Source of the DNA: a virus
Lineage: Duplodnaviria; Heunggongvirae; Uroviricota; Caudoviricetes
Length of the DNA stretch: 20,401 nucleotides
Direction: 5' to 3' (one strand)
IMG/VR virus record: IMGVR_UViG_2513237219_000003
The notes below the pieces were generated by a model. The model was not told the DNA's origin, did no database searches, and worked only from the letters and a program-made list of their open reading frames with translations. Shown piece after piece: positions 1 to 7,795 of the stretch (positions within the stretch are counted from its first letter, which is position 1; each line of letters begins with the position of its first letter). A program made the translations under genes and the position numbers.

Positions 1-1284
1 TTACTTCTTCGCCTCTGCAACCACTTTACTACCCACGCCGCGGTTATTGTATTCCCACATGCGGTTGTAGTTAGTGTCATTCAGATTGCGCTGTATTTCG
101 TCGTTATCATCTACGCTGCCGGTATTACCCGCAAACGGACGATTAGAGATCACCGCATCGGCCCACGGTTTAGCCGTGTTAAAACCTTCGTTGATGGCGC
201 TATCACGGATCACCACCTGACCGTTGGTATTGGCATCAACATCCAGCGAGCGGCCCAGTTGCGCCACACCATCACCGAAAGCATTGAAACGGCTGTTTAC
301 GGCGAGGAAACCGTAGTAAATGTTGGACAGCGTAGCCGGTGCAAACACATACGCTTCTTGCTGAGTACGTGAGTTCACCACGCGGAATTCGGTGTTATCG
401 AACACCACTGCGCCGCGACCAGAAACGATATCCACATCCCCTTCAATGTAGCTGTTGGTCACCAGCGTACGCGGCTGACGATTTGTTTCCAGACGGTTCT
501 GCACACCGCTGTTGGTGACAAAGAAGGTGTTCTGACGACCGAGAATGTTAACGTTGTTAATCTGTACCTGGTCACCATCAGTACGCAGTGCCACCGCCGG
601 ATGGTTACCTGCATCTACGCTATCGCCCAGCGTGTTTTCGATGGTCAGATTTTGCAGTTGCAGGCCATTGTTTTGTGACCAGAAGACCGCAGAGCAGAGA
701 ACACCGATACTGTCGCTGCGTTTGCTCTGGCAGCTATCGTACATATACCACGCTGGTTTACCTGGCATATATTTGCCGCGCGGGTTGACGTCGTGACGCC
801 AGTCGGCAGGGCTCATGCCACCATCAAGGGAAAGCCCAATCTTCACATCAATCGGTTTTTCACCTGTACCGTACAGAGTAATTCCACCCGGAGCGGCAGG
901 GACATATACCGTTCCCTGATACTCACCAGGCATCACGGCAATATACTGGCGCTTGTTGGTACGCTTGATAATTGCCGCATCTACCGCCGCCTGAATCGTG
1001 GTATGCGTTACACCTTGAGTGCCCGCCGGGCCGACAACAAAGTCAGGTTGCGCAGGCAGGGTAATCGGGGAAGGATTCCACGCTGCAGCACCTGGTGTCA
1101 GGGATGCAAAATAGTGTTGAGCATCGAAATTCTGCGCTTCTTTTGCCGACAGAATCGGGCGAGAAGAGGTACCAGGCGCGGTTTGATCAGAAGGACGTTG
1201 ATCGGGCGGGGTTGAGCTACAGGCGGTCAGCGTCACGCCAAAAGCCAATGCCAGCGCCAGACGGGAAACTGAAAATGTGTTCAC
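1..1284 (-). CDS. ybhC: YbhC, pectinesterase-family outer-membrane lipoprotein (acyl-CoA thioesterase); complete 427-aa gene flanking attB-lambda
   Basis: Full-length ORF whose translation matches E. coli YbhC as recalled; N-terminal lipoprotein signal with LTAC lipobox; ybhC is the known gal-side neighbour of the lambda attachment site. Confidence 0.85.
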   Translation of the reverse strand: MNTFSVSRLALALAFGVTLTACSSTPPDQRPSDQTAPGTSSRPILSAKEAQNFDAQHYFASLTPGAAAWNPSPITLPAQPDFVVGPAGTQGVTHTTIQAAVDAAIIKRTNKRQYIAVMPGEYQGTVYVPAAPGGITLYGTGEKPIDVKIGLSLDGGMSPADWRHDVNPRGKYMPGKPAWYMYDSCQSKRSDSIGVLCSAVFWSQNNGLQLQNLTIENTLGDSVDAGNHPAVALRTDGDQVQINNVNILGRQNTFFVTNSGVQNRLETNRQPRTLVTNSYIEGDVDIVSGRGAVVFDNTEFRVVNSRTQQEAYVFAPATLSNIYYGFLAVNSRFNAFGDGVAQLGRSLDVDANTNGQVVIRDSAINEGFNTAKPWADAVISNRPFAGNTGSVDDNDEIQRNLNDTNYNRMWEYNNRGVGSKVVAEAKK

Positions 1285-1330
1285 AGGTTGCTCCGGGCTA
1301 TGAAATAGAAAAATGAATCCGTTGAAGCCT

Positions 1331-1420
1331 GCTTTTTTATACTAAGTTGGCATTATAAAAAAGCATTGCTTATCAATTTGTTGCAACGAACAGGTCACTA
1401 TCAGTCAAAATAAAATCATT
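1331..1420. other. Prophage attL: 15-bp lambda att core (1331..1345) followed by the P' arm with Int arm-type sites and IHF site
   Basis: Exact core GCTTTTTTATACTAA; downstream GTTGGCATTATAAAAAAGCATTGCTTATCAATTTGTTGCAACGAACAGGTCACTATCAGTCAAAATAAAATCATTATTTG matches the lambda P' arm as recalled; host sequence to the left, int to the right. Confidence 0.85.
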
Positions 1421-2489
1421 ATTTGATTTCAATTTTGTCCCACTCCCTGCCTCTGTCATCACGATACTGTGATGCCATGGTGTCCGACTTATGCCCGAGA
1501 AGATGTTGAGCAAATTTATCGCTTATCTGCTTCTCATAGAGTCTTGCAGACAAACTGCGCAACTCGTGAAAGGTTGGCGGATCCCCTTCGAAGGAGAGAC
1601 CTGATGCTTTTCGTGCGCGCATAAAATACCTTGATACTGTGCCGGATGAAAGCGGTTCACGACGAGTAGATGCAATTATGGTTTCTCCGCCAAGAATCTT
1701 TTTGCATTTATCAAGTGTTTCCTTCATTGATATCCCGAGAGCATCAACATGCAATGTTGTTGGGATGGCAATTTTTACGCCTGTTTTGCTTTGCTCGACA
1801 TAAAGATATCCATCTACGATATCAGACCACTTCATTTCGCATAAATCACCAACTCGCTGCCCGGTAACAACAGCCAGTTCCATTGCAAGTCTAAGCCAAC
1901 ATGGTGATGATTCTGCTGCTTGATAAATTTTCAGGTATTCGTCAGCCGTAAGTCTTGATCTCCTTACCTCTGATTTTGCAGCGCGAGTGGCTGCGACCGG
2001 GTTTGTTGTTATATGGCCTTCAGCCATAGCCTCTCGGAATGCATCGCTCAGTGTTGATCTGATTAACTTGGCTGATGCCGCCTTTCCCTCGTCTATGTAT
2101 CCATTGAGCATTGCCGCAATTTCTTTTGTGGTGATGTCTTCAAGTGGAGCATCAGGCAGACCCCTCCTTATTGCTTTAATTTTGCTCATGTAATTTATGA
2201 GTGTCTTCTGCTTGATTCCTCTGCTGGCCAGGATTTTTTCGTAGCGATCAAGCCATGAATGTAACGTAACGGAATTATCACTGTTGATTCTCGCTGTCAG
2301 AGGCTTGTGTTTGTGTCCTGAAAATAACTCAATGTTGGCCTGTATAGCTTCAGTGATTGCGATTCGCCTGTCTCGGCCTAATCCAAACTCTTTACCCGTC
2401 CTTGGGTCCCTGTAGCAGTAATATCCATTGTTTCTTATATAAAGGTTAGGGGGTAAATCCCGGCGCTCATGACTTCGCCTTCTTCCCAT
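1419..2489 (-). CDS. int: Lambda-type integrase (tyrosine recombinase), 356 aa
   Basis: Translation matches lambda Int along its full length and has the same size; sits next to the P' arm and overlaps xis as in lambda. Confidence 0.95.
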   Translation of the reverse strand: MGRRRSHERRDLPPNLYIRNNGYYCYRDPRTGKEFGLGRDRRIAITEAIQANIELFSGHKHKPLTARINSDNSVTLHSWLDRYEKILASRGIKQKTLINYMSKIKAIRRGLPDAPLEDITTKEIAAMLNGYIDEGKAASAKLIRSTLSDAFREAMAEGHITTNPVAATRAAKSEVRRSRLTADEYLKIYQAAESSPCWLRLAMELAVVTGQRVGDLCEMKWSDIVDGYLYVEQSKTGVKIAIPTTLHVDALGISMKETLDKCKKILGGETIIASTRREPLSSGTVSRYFMRARKASGLSFEGDPPTFHELRSLSARLYEKQISDKFAQHLLGHKSDTMASQYRDDRGREWDKIEIK

Positions 2490-2685
2490 TTCTGATCCTC
2501 TTCAAAAGGCTACCTGTTACTGGTCGATTTAAGTCAACCTTTACCGCTGATTCGTGGAACAGATATTCTCTTCCATCCTTAACCGGAGGAGGGAATATCC
2601 TGCATTCGCGCACCCATCGACGAACTGTTTCAAGGCTTCTTGGGCGTCGCTGGCGAGCGTTCCACTCCTGAAGTGTCAAGTACAT
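2467..2685 (-). CDS. xis: Lambda-type excisionase, 72 aa
   Basis: Translation MYLTLQEWNARQRRPRSLETVRRW... matches lambda Xis; 3' end overlaps the int start. Confidence 0.95.
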   Translation of the reverse strand: MYLTLQEWNARQRRPRSLETVRRWVRECRIFPPPVKDGREYLFHESAVKVDLNRPVTGSLLKRIRNGKKAKS

Positions 2686-2712
2686 CGCAAAGTCTCCGCA
2701 ATTACACGCAAG

Positions 2713-2732
2713 AAAAAACCGCCATCAGGCGG
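2713..2732 (-). terminator. Intrinsic-terminator-like hairpin between orf55 and xis (minus-strand sense)
   Basis: GC-rich 5-bp stem CCGCC/GGCGG with 4-nt loop, followed on the minus strand by a six-U tract; the loop contains the orf55 stop codon. Confidence 0.45.
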
Positions 2733-2892
2733 CTTGGTGTTCTTTCAGTTCTTCAATTCGAATATTGGTTATGTCTGCATGTGCTATCTGCGCCCATATC
2801 ATCCAGTGGTCATAGCAGTCATTGATGTTCTCTGCTTCGATAACTCTGTTGAATGGTTCTCCATTCCATTCACCTGTGACTCGGAAGTGCAT
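2725..2892 (-). CDS. Small hypothetical protein (55 aa) in the position of the lambda ORF between xis and ea8.5
   Basis: ATG with GGAG Shine-Dalgarno 8 nt upstream; translation MHFRVTGEWNGEPFNRVIEAENINDCYDHWMIWAQIAHADITNIRIEELKEHQAA; not in the ORF track because it is under 60 aa. Identity with the lambda ORF is from memory. Confidence 0.5.
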   Translation of the reverse strand: MHFRVTGEWNGEPFNRVIEAENINDCYDHWMIWAQIAHADITNIRIEELKEHQAA

Positions 2893-2902
2893 TTATCATC
2901 TC

Positions 2903-2930
2903 CATAAAACAAAACTCGCCGTAGCGAGTT
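2903..2930 (-). terminator. Intrinsic-terminator-like hairpin downstream of the 142-aa gene and IS1-A (minus-strand sense)
   Basis: 7-bp stem AACTCGC/GCGAGTT with 4-nt loop, followed on the minus strand by a U-rich tract (TTTGTTTTAT). Confidence 0.45.
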
Positions 2931-3031
2931 CAGATATAATTTCCACCAAAGGCAGTAGTTGCTGATGCTAAGAATTGGTGATGCTGCCAACTTACTGATT
3001 TAGTGTATGATGGTGTTTTTGAGGTGCTCCA

Positions 3032-3307
3032 GTGGCTTCTGTTTCTATCAGCTGTCCCTCCTGTTCAGCTACTGACGGGGTGGTGCGTAACGGCAAAAGC
3101 ACTGCCGGACATCAGCGCTATCTCTGCTCTCACTGCCGTAAAACATGGCAACTGCAGTTCACTTACACCGCTTCTCAACCCGGTACGCACCAGAAAATCA
3201 TTGATATGGCCATGAATGGCGTTGGATGCCGGGCAACCGCCCGCATTATGGGCGTTGGCCTCAACACGATTTTCCGCCATTTAAAAAACTCAGGCCGCAG
3301 TCGGTAA
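3032..3307 (+). CDS. insA: IS1 InsA (copy A), 91 aa
   Basis: Translation matches IS1 InsA; the A6C slippery motif TTAAAAAAC for the InsAB' -1 frameshift lies at about 3281..3289. Confidence 0.9.
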   Translation: MASVSISCPSCSATDGVVRNGKSTAGHQRYLCSHCRKTWQLQFTYTASQPGTHQKIIDMAMNGVGCRATARIMGVGLNTIFRHLKNSGRSR

Positions 3308-3729
3308 CCTCGCGCATACAGCCGGGCAGTGACGTCATCGTCTGCGCGGAAATGGACGAACAGTGGGGATACGTCGGGGCTAAATCGCGCCAGCGCTGGC
3401 TGTTTTACGCGTATGACAGGCTCCGGAAGACGGTTGTTGCGCACGTATTCGGTGAACGCACTATGGCGACGCTGGGGCGTCTTATGAGCCTGCTGTCACC
3501 CTTTGACGTGGTGATATGGATGACGGATGGCTGGCCGCTGTATGAATCCCGCCTGAAGGGAAAGCTGCACGTAATCAGCAAGCGATATACGCAGCGAATT
3601 GAGCGGCATAACCTGAATCTGAGGCAGCACCTGGCACGGCTGGGACGGAAGTCGCTGTCGTTCTCAAAATCGGTGGAGCTGCATGACAAAGTCATCGGGC
3701 ATTATCTGAACATAAAACACTATCAATAA
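3226..3729 (+). CDS. insB: IS1 InsB frame (copy A); expressed as an InsAB' fusion by -1 frameshifting
   Basis: Translation matches the IS1 InsB frame; overlaps insA in the -1 frame. Confidence 0.9.
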   Translation: MPGNRPHYGRWPQHDFPPFKKLRPQSVTSRIQPGSDVIVCAEMDEQWGYVGAKSRQRWLFYAYDRLRKTVVAHVFGERTMATLGRLMSLLSPFDVVIWMTDGWPLYESRLKGKLHVISKRYTQRIERHNLNLRQHLARLGRKSLSFSKSVELHDKVIGHYLNIKHYQ

Positions 3730-3751
3730 GTTGGGAGTCATTACCTAAGAA

Positions 3752-4180
3752 TTATTCAATATCTATTCCTGTAATATCTTTTATCTTTTTCCTTGCAAAG
3801 CCTTTTGCTAGTGATTTTGAAACACTTATTAGTGTACTAATTCCCTCATCCTTAAAGTTTGTTTTTATAGTTTGCCAGACCTCCTTTTGACGCAAGTCAG
3901 CAATAAAATCATGCCCTCTTGCTGTCAACCTCAGTGGTACTTCGATCCAACTATATCCAACACCTTCCCCTAACTCGTTGGACATTATATGACCGAACCC
4001 AGGTTTTCCATCAACCCTGACTATTAATTCGTAGTCGCATAATAATCGCATATGGAAAATAAAATTTTGGTCATATCTATTAAAGCCATTATCCTCTAGT
4101 TCACTAAGCATCGTGTCAGGGCCATGAGTTTTTTCGAATGCGATAAGTAGATCTTTTAGATATTGCTGGTCTAATTTCAT
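3752..4180 (-). CDS. Hypothetical 142-aa protein with a winged-helix-like N-terminus (DUF2513-like by motif recall); accessory gene in the ea8.5/ea22 position
   Basis: Intact ORF with GGAGG Shine-Dalgarno 6 nt upstream; motif LTARGHDFIADLRQKEVWQTIK resembles the conserved GH-F...R...VW core recalled for DUF2513 proteins; AT-rich codon usage; no lambda counterpart recognised. Confidence 0.6.
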   Translation of the reverse strand: MKLDQQYLKDLLIAFEKTHGPDTMLSELEDNGFNRYDQNFIFHMRLLCDYELIVRVDGKPGFGHIMSNELGEGVGYSWIEVPLRLTARGHDFIADLRQKEVWQTIKTNFKDEGISTLISVSKSLAKGFARKKIKDITGIDIE

Positions 4181-4208
4181 TGCCGCCTCCGTGACATGTC
4201 ACAGAGAT

Positions 4209-4547
4209 TTATATCATTAATTTTGTTTCGTGCCAGCCTTTGGTCACCCAGCATTGTGAGTCACCATTACACGGGCATGAATTAACAGGAACTCTCTCGC
4301 CGCACTTACCGCAACGTTTTCTGCTGATCGATTTTATACGCCAGCGCACACGTGCATCATCCTGGCGGCTCAGTAACGCGATGTACTCACCAAACTCGTA
4401 AGGCGCATGCCTGAAGCGGCGCGTGGCTCAGTTACGATCCAGCATTTCAATTTCCTGAGCATCAAGTACAAGCTCCAGCTTACGCATACCGGATGATGCT
4501 TGCTTGGCTCTCTGATCGACTTTGCGCTCTGCTGATGATTTAGCCAT
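4209..4547 (-). pseudogene. 112-codon zinc-finger-like ORF interrupted by a single in-frame TGA at codon 40 (4428..4430); possibly Ea8.5-like
   Basis: Manual translation MAKSSAERKVDQRAKQASSGMRKLELVLDAQEIEMLDRN-stop-ATRRFRHAPYEFGEYIALLSRQDDARVRWRIKSISRKRCGKCGERVPVNSCPCNGDSQCWVTKGWHETKLMI; CxxC...CxC motif; ends 28 nt upstream of the 142-aa gene start. Confidence 0.4.
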
Positions 4548-4743
4548 TCTGCTTTTCCTGCATTAGGAGAAAGACAATCATGGCGGCGCGGATACTTCCG
4601 GTATCTTTTTACTCGATATTACCCTTCAATGGCACATACAAGAAGAGAGCCATCAACAGGAGTGAGTGAGGAATCGACAACCAGCAACGCTTAATTATCT
4701 ATAGTGTCGTATTTGCTTCATAAAATATGGCGAATAACACAAA

Positions 4744-4775
4744 GCCCGCAGCAGCTCATTGTGCGGGCTTTTCTT
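4744..4775. terminator. Terminator-like hairpin (GCCCGCA / TGCGGGC stem) with flanking T and A tracts; strand ambiguous
   Basis: Perfect 7-bp GC-rich stem with 11-nt loop followed by TTTTCTT on the plus strand and preceded by AAA; lies between the truncated gene at 4841..5298 and the zinc-finger-like ORF. Confidence 0.45.
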
Positions 4776-4840
4776 ATACATACTTCCTAGAGATAATTCT
4801 ATGGAGGCATTAAATTAATACTGTCATTGGTAATATCATA

Positions 4841-5298
4841 TTATCTAAAAGTCTTTCCACTTTTAACGTCTAGGTATATTCTGTTCGACAACGTCATTCC
4901 TCCGCAATATGTGAAATAGATGTTTTTCCCCTTATTGCTTGATGCCATCCACCCTCCGATTTCCTTAAAGTCGCTTTCCGTGCAGACCCCTTCGTTTATT
5001 AACTTCCTAGCTGCCGAAGAAAACTCTTTTTTGTATATACGGTAGTCATCAGATCCTTTGATTAAAGTATCATCTCCGCTCGCATTTTCAGCAGGATCTG
5101 ATGGCCTTTCACTGCTAAGATCACTAAGTTTAACCCATTCTGAAAACTTGCCATTGACGATTCCGTTTTTTCTTGTGCAGGATTTATTACCTTCTTTAAT
5201 ATATTCGCTTTCCCCTCCCACACATGAGGCTGAATATGGCTCAGTTATACGAACCCATTCACCTTTTTTTTCTAGAAAATCTACGCCTTCCCTGAAAA
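4841..5298 (-). pseudogene. C-terminal fragment of an unknown protein; N-terminus removed at the IS1-B boundary
   Basis: Reading frame stays open from 5221 up to the IS1-B end at 5298 (…FREGVDFLEKKGEWVRITEPYSASCVGGESEY…) with no start codon before the IS; lysine-rich and AT-rich; no recognised family. Confidence 0.5.
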
Positions 5299-5313
5299 GG
5301 TAATGACTCTAAC

Positions 5314-5817
5314 TTATTGATAGTGTTTTATGTTCAGATAATGCCCGATGACTTTGTCATGCAGCTCCACCGATTTTGAGAACGACAGCGACTTCCGTCC
5401 CAGCCGTGCCAGGTGCTGCCTCAGATTCAGGTTATGCCGCTCAATTCGCTGCGTATATCGCTTGCTGATTACGTGCAGCTTTCCCTTCAGGCGGGATTCA
5501 TACAGCGGCCAGCCATCCGTCATCCATATCACCACGTCAAAGGGTGACAGCAGGCTCATAAGACGCCCCAGCGTCGCCATAGTGCGTTCACCGAATACGT
5601 GCGCAACAACCGTCTTCCGGAGCCTGTCATACGCGTAAAACAGCCAGCGCTGGCGCGATTTAGCCCCGACATAGCCCCACTGTTCGTCCATTTCCGCGCA
5701 GACGATGACGTCACTGCCCGGCTGTATGCGCGAGGTTACCGACTGCGGCCTGAGTTTTTTAAGTGACGTAAAATCGTGTTGAGGCCAACGCCCATAATGC
5801 GGGCTGTTGCCCGGCAT
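5314..5817 (-). CDS. insB: IS1 InsB frame (copy B)
   Basis: Translation matches IS1 InsB. Confidence 0.9.
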
Positions 5818-6011
5818 CCAACGCCATTCATGGCCATATCAATGATTTTCTGGTGCGTACCGGGTTGAGAAGCGGTGTAAGTGAACTGCAGTTGCCATGT
5901 TTTACGGCAGTGAGAGCAGAGATAGCGCTGATGTCCGGCGGTGCTTTTGCCGTTACGCACCACCCCGTCAGTAGCTGAACAGGAGGGACAGCTGATAGAA
6001 ACAGAAGCCAC
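5736..6011 (-). CDS. insA: IS1 InsA (copy B)
   Basis: Translation matches IS1 InsA. Confidence 0.9.
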
Positions 6012-6066
6012 TGGAGCACCTCAAAAACACCATCATACACTAAATCAGTAAGTTGGCAGCATCACC

Positions 6067-6283
6067 CCATCAGCGTTACCGTTTCGCGGTGCTTCTTCAG
6101 TACGCTACGGCAAATGTCATCGACGTTTTTATCCGGAAACTGCTGTCTGGCTTTTTTGATTTCAGAATTAGCCTGACGGGCAATGCTGCGAAGGGCGTTT
6201 TCCTGCTGAGGTGTCACTGAACAAGCCCCATGTCGGCAAGCATAAGCACACAGAATATGAAGCCCGCTGCCAGAAAAATGCAT
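6067..6283 (-). pseudogene. Lambda orf61-region ORF, 3'-truncated by IS1 copy B
   Basis: Frame ...VTPQQENALRSIARQANSEIKKARQQFPDKNVDDICRSVLKKHRETVTLMG runs straight into the IS1 end, with its stop supplied by IS1 sequence; lies in the orf61 position upstream of orf63. True start uncertain. Confidence 0.4.
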
Positions 6284-6293
6284 TCAGTGGTTG

Positions 6294-6485
6294 TCATACC
6301 TGGTCTCTCTCATCTGCTTCTGCTTTCGCCACCATCATTTCCAGTTTTTGTGAAAGGGATGTGGCTAACGTATGAAATTCTTCGTCTGTTTCTACTGGTA
6401 TTGGCACAAACCTGATTCCAATTTGAGCAAGGCTATGTGCCATCTCGATACTCGTTCTTAACTCAACAGGAGATGCTTTGTGCAT
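6294..6485 (-). CDS. Lambda orf63-like protein, 63 aa
   Basis: Translation and length match lambda orf63 as recalled; 28-nt overlap with orf60a as in lambda. Confidence 0.75.
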   Translation of the reverse strand: MHKASPVELRTSIEMAHSLAQIGIRFVPIPVETDEEFHTLATSLSQKLEMMVAKAEADERDQV

Positions 6486-6640
6486 ACAGCCCCTCGTTTA
6501 TTATTTATCTCCTCAGCCAGCCGCTGTGCTTTCAGTGGATTTCGGATAACAGAAAGGCCGGGAAATACCCAGCCTCGCTTTGTAACGGAGTAGACGAAAG
6601 TGATTGCGCCTACCCGGATATTATCGTGAGGATGCGTCAT
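6458..6640 (-). CDS. Lambda orf60a-like protein, 60 aa
   Basis: Translation [60 protein letters not shown] matches lambda orf60a; start overlaps the exo stop (ATGA). Confidence 0.75.
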   Translation of the reverse strand: MTHPHDNIRVGAITFVYSVTKRGWVFPGLSVIRNPLKAQRLAEEINNKRGAVCTKHLLLS

Positions 6641-7317
6641 CGCCATTGCTCCCCAAATACAAAACCAATTTCAGCCAGTGCCTCGTCCATTTTTTCGATG
6701 AACACCGGCACCATCTCGTCAAAACTCGCCATGTACTTTTCATCCCGCTCAACCACGACATAATGCAGTCCTTCACGCTTCATACGCGGGTCATAGTTGG
6801 CAAAGTACCAGGCATCTTTTCGTGTCACCCACATGCTGTACTGCACCTGGGCCATGTAAGCCGACTTTATGGCCTCGAAACCACCGAGCCGGAACTTCAT
6901 GAAATCCCGGGAGGTAAACGGGCATTTCAGCTCAAGGCCATTGCCGTCACTGCATAAACCATCGGGAGAGCAGGCGGTGCGCATACTTTCGTCGCGATAG
7001 ATGATCGGGGATTCAGTAACATTCACGCCGGAAGTGAATTCAAACAGGGTTCTGGCGTCGTTCTCGTACTGTTTTCCCCATGCCAGCGCCTTAGCATTAA
7101 CTTCCGGAGCCACACCGGTGCAAACCTCAGCCAGCAGGGTGTGGAAGTAGGACATTTTCATGTCAGGCCACTTCTTTCCTGAGCGGGGCTTGGCTATCAC
7201 GTTGTGAACTTCTGAAGCGGTGATGACGCCGAGCCGTAATTTGTGCCATGCATCATCCCCCTGTTCGACAGCTCTCACGTCGATCCCGGTACGCTGCAGG
7301 ATAATGTCCGGTGTCAT
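6637..7317 (-). CDS. exo: Lambda exonuclease (Red-alpha), 226 aa
   Basis: Full-length translation matches lambda Exo; start overlaps the bet 3' end as in lambda. Confidence 0.95.
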   Translation of the reverse strand: MTPDIILQRTGIDVRAVEQGDDAWHKLRLGVITASEVHNVIAKPRSGKKWPDMKMSYFHTLLAEVCTGVAPEVNAKALAWGKQYENDARTLFEFTSGVNVTESPIIYRDESMRTACSPDGLCSDGNGLELKCPFTSRDFMKFRLGGFEAIKSAYMAQVQYSMWVTRKDAWYFANYDPRMKREGLHYVVVERDEKYMASFDEMVPVFIEKMDEALAEIGFVFGEQWR

Positions 7318-7760
7318 GCTGCCACCTTCTGCTCAGTGGCTTTCTGTTTCAGGAATCCAAGAGCTTTCACTGCTTCGGCCTGTGTCAGTTCTGACGATGC
7401 GCGAATGTCGCGGCGAAATATCTGGGAACAGAGCGGCAATAAGTCGTCATCCCATGTTTTGTCCAGGGCAATCAGCAGAGTGTTAATCTCCTGCATGGTT
7501 TCATCGTTAACCGGAGTAATGTCGCGTTCCGGCTGACGTTCTGCGGTGTATGCGGTATTTTCGACAATGCGCTCGGCTTCATCCTTGTCATAGATACCAG
7601 CAAATCCGAAGGCCAGACGGGCACACTGAATCATGGCTTTATGCCGTAACATCCGTTTGGGATGCGACTGCCACGGCCCCGTAATTTCTCTGCCTTCGCG
7701 GGTTTTGAATGGTTCGCGGCGGCATTCATCCATCCACTCGGTAACGCAGATCGGATGATT
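7314..7760 (-). pseudogene. bet: bet (Red-beta) 3' fragment; 5' part deleted, junction at about 7760/7761
   Basis: Translation matches the C-terminal part of lambda Bet (…NHPICVTEWMDECRREPFKTREGREI… to the end); upstream frame hits a stop and unrelated sequence beyond 7760. Confidence 0.9.
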
Positions 7761-7795
7761 ACCGGTTCGCTACCAGGGAAGAACGGGAAGGAAAG

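Larger units (their letters stand above)
2977..3745 (+). mobile_element. IS1 copy A, complete, flanked by an 8-9 bp direct repeat (TAAGAATT at 2969..2976 and 3746..3753)
   Basis: Terminal inverted repeats GGTGATGCTGCCAACTTACTGAT... and ...ATCAATAAGTTGGGAGTCATTACC; insA and insB frames present; target-site duplication read directly from the flanks. Confidence 0.95.
5299..6066 (-). mobile_element. IS1 copy B, complete 768 bp, inverted relative to copy A, no target-site duplication
   Basis: Ends GGTAATGACTCTAACTTATTGATAG... and ...GTTGGCAGCATCACC; flanks CCCTGAAAA and CCATCAGCG are unrelated; differs from copy A at several positions, including InsA F/L and the InsB N-terminal region. Confidence 0.95.

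Noticed and set aside
545-1316. Several plus-strand ORFs (83 to 140 codons) inside ybhC
   Set aside because: Antisense to full-length ybhC; Arg-rich translations typical of antisense frames of GC-rich genes.
3405-3695. 96-codon ORFs antisense to insB in both IS1 copies (3405..3695 minus, 5348..5638 plus), and 70-71 codon ORFs overlapping insA
   Set aside because: Known IS1 coding capacity is insA and insB; these frames are their antisense or overlap shadows, duplicated only because the IS is duplicated.
4580-4669. 29-codon plus-strand ORF (MAARILPVSFYSILPFNGTYKKRAINRSE) with an AGGAGA ribosome-binding site, divergent from the zinc-finger-like ORF
   Set aside because: Very short, no recognisable features, and it occupies the likely promoter region of the minus-strand cassette; the ribosome-binding-site match may be coincidental. 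Kept only as a note.
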